DNA from: Ruditapes philippinarum
Lineage: Eukaryota
Direction: 5' to 3'
Length of the DNA: 64,000 nt
Assembly: GCF_026571515.1 (NCBI RefSeq)
Contig: NW_026860429.1
Coordinates: 248,001 to 312,000, forward strand
A program made the translations under genes and the position numbers. Positions 63,608 through 64,000 of this stretch are shown piece by piece. Each line of letters opens with the position of its first letter. Within the stretch, counting starts at the first letter, position 1. The notes below the pieces were generated by a model, which did not search any database, was not told the DNA's origin, and saw only the letters and a program-made list of their open reading frames with translations.

Positions 63608-64000
63608 GTAATACATTTATTTCCTTGTGAACGTATATTTTTGTATTTATTTAGTGATTACGTAGACATGTGCTTTTTACATAAGGCTCAAATATGAGTT
63701 TGGAGTTTGTAACCGAAAGAATTGAGAATTACAAACGTCTTAATTAAAAGTAAAAACAAAAAGAAATTGATTGAATGAATGTATGTTCAAAACTATATCT
63801 ATTAAATGTGTTGAATGAATTTACAATATGCAAGCCTTTAGCGACCTTGATATTTCTTTTAATTCAATGAATTAAGTTATTTTCATATACAAGTATAAGA
63901 ATATAATATTTTATTTAACACATACCTAAAAAGACCTTTTACAATAAAAAATGATCATGTTCCAATAAAGTATTCTGCACACATTTGAGGTGTTTTTACA

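Overview
AT-rich eukaryotic (animal) genomic DNA. The SINE and HINE repeat types suggest a mollusc, probably a bivalve (inference). There are three assembly gaps. Genes: (1) a six-exon GLIS2/sugarbabe-type five-C2H2-zinc-finger transcription factor on + (3549-7234, 573 aa, reconstructed from phase-compatible GT-AG junctions). (2) A tandem array of five minus-strand class A GPCR genes with single-exon ORFs (FMRFamide/peptide-receptor-like; 30.9-60.3 kb) in two subfamilies. (3) The TATA promoter and first coding exon of a second GLIS2-like paralog at 63.5 kb, which the ORF track does not call in this frame. The rest is transposon debris: tRNA-derived SINEs, decayed LINEs, a Tc1 fossil with TIRs, a 6.5-kb long-TIR Academ-like element, HINE-like elements and palindromic MITEs, plus segmental duplications. 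Most notable: all five GPCRs have a rebuilt sodium pocket (K2.46, G3.39, G/A6.48, K7.45 around an intact D2.50) and share a CCAAT/GC/CArG/TATA promoter, with the CArG broken only in the truncated copy 5. The GLIS2-like protein carries a Crz1/NFAT-like PIISID plus SP-rich regulatory region.
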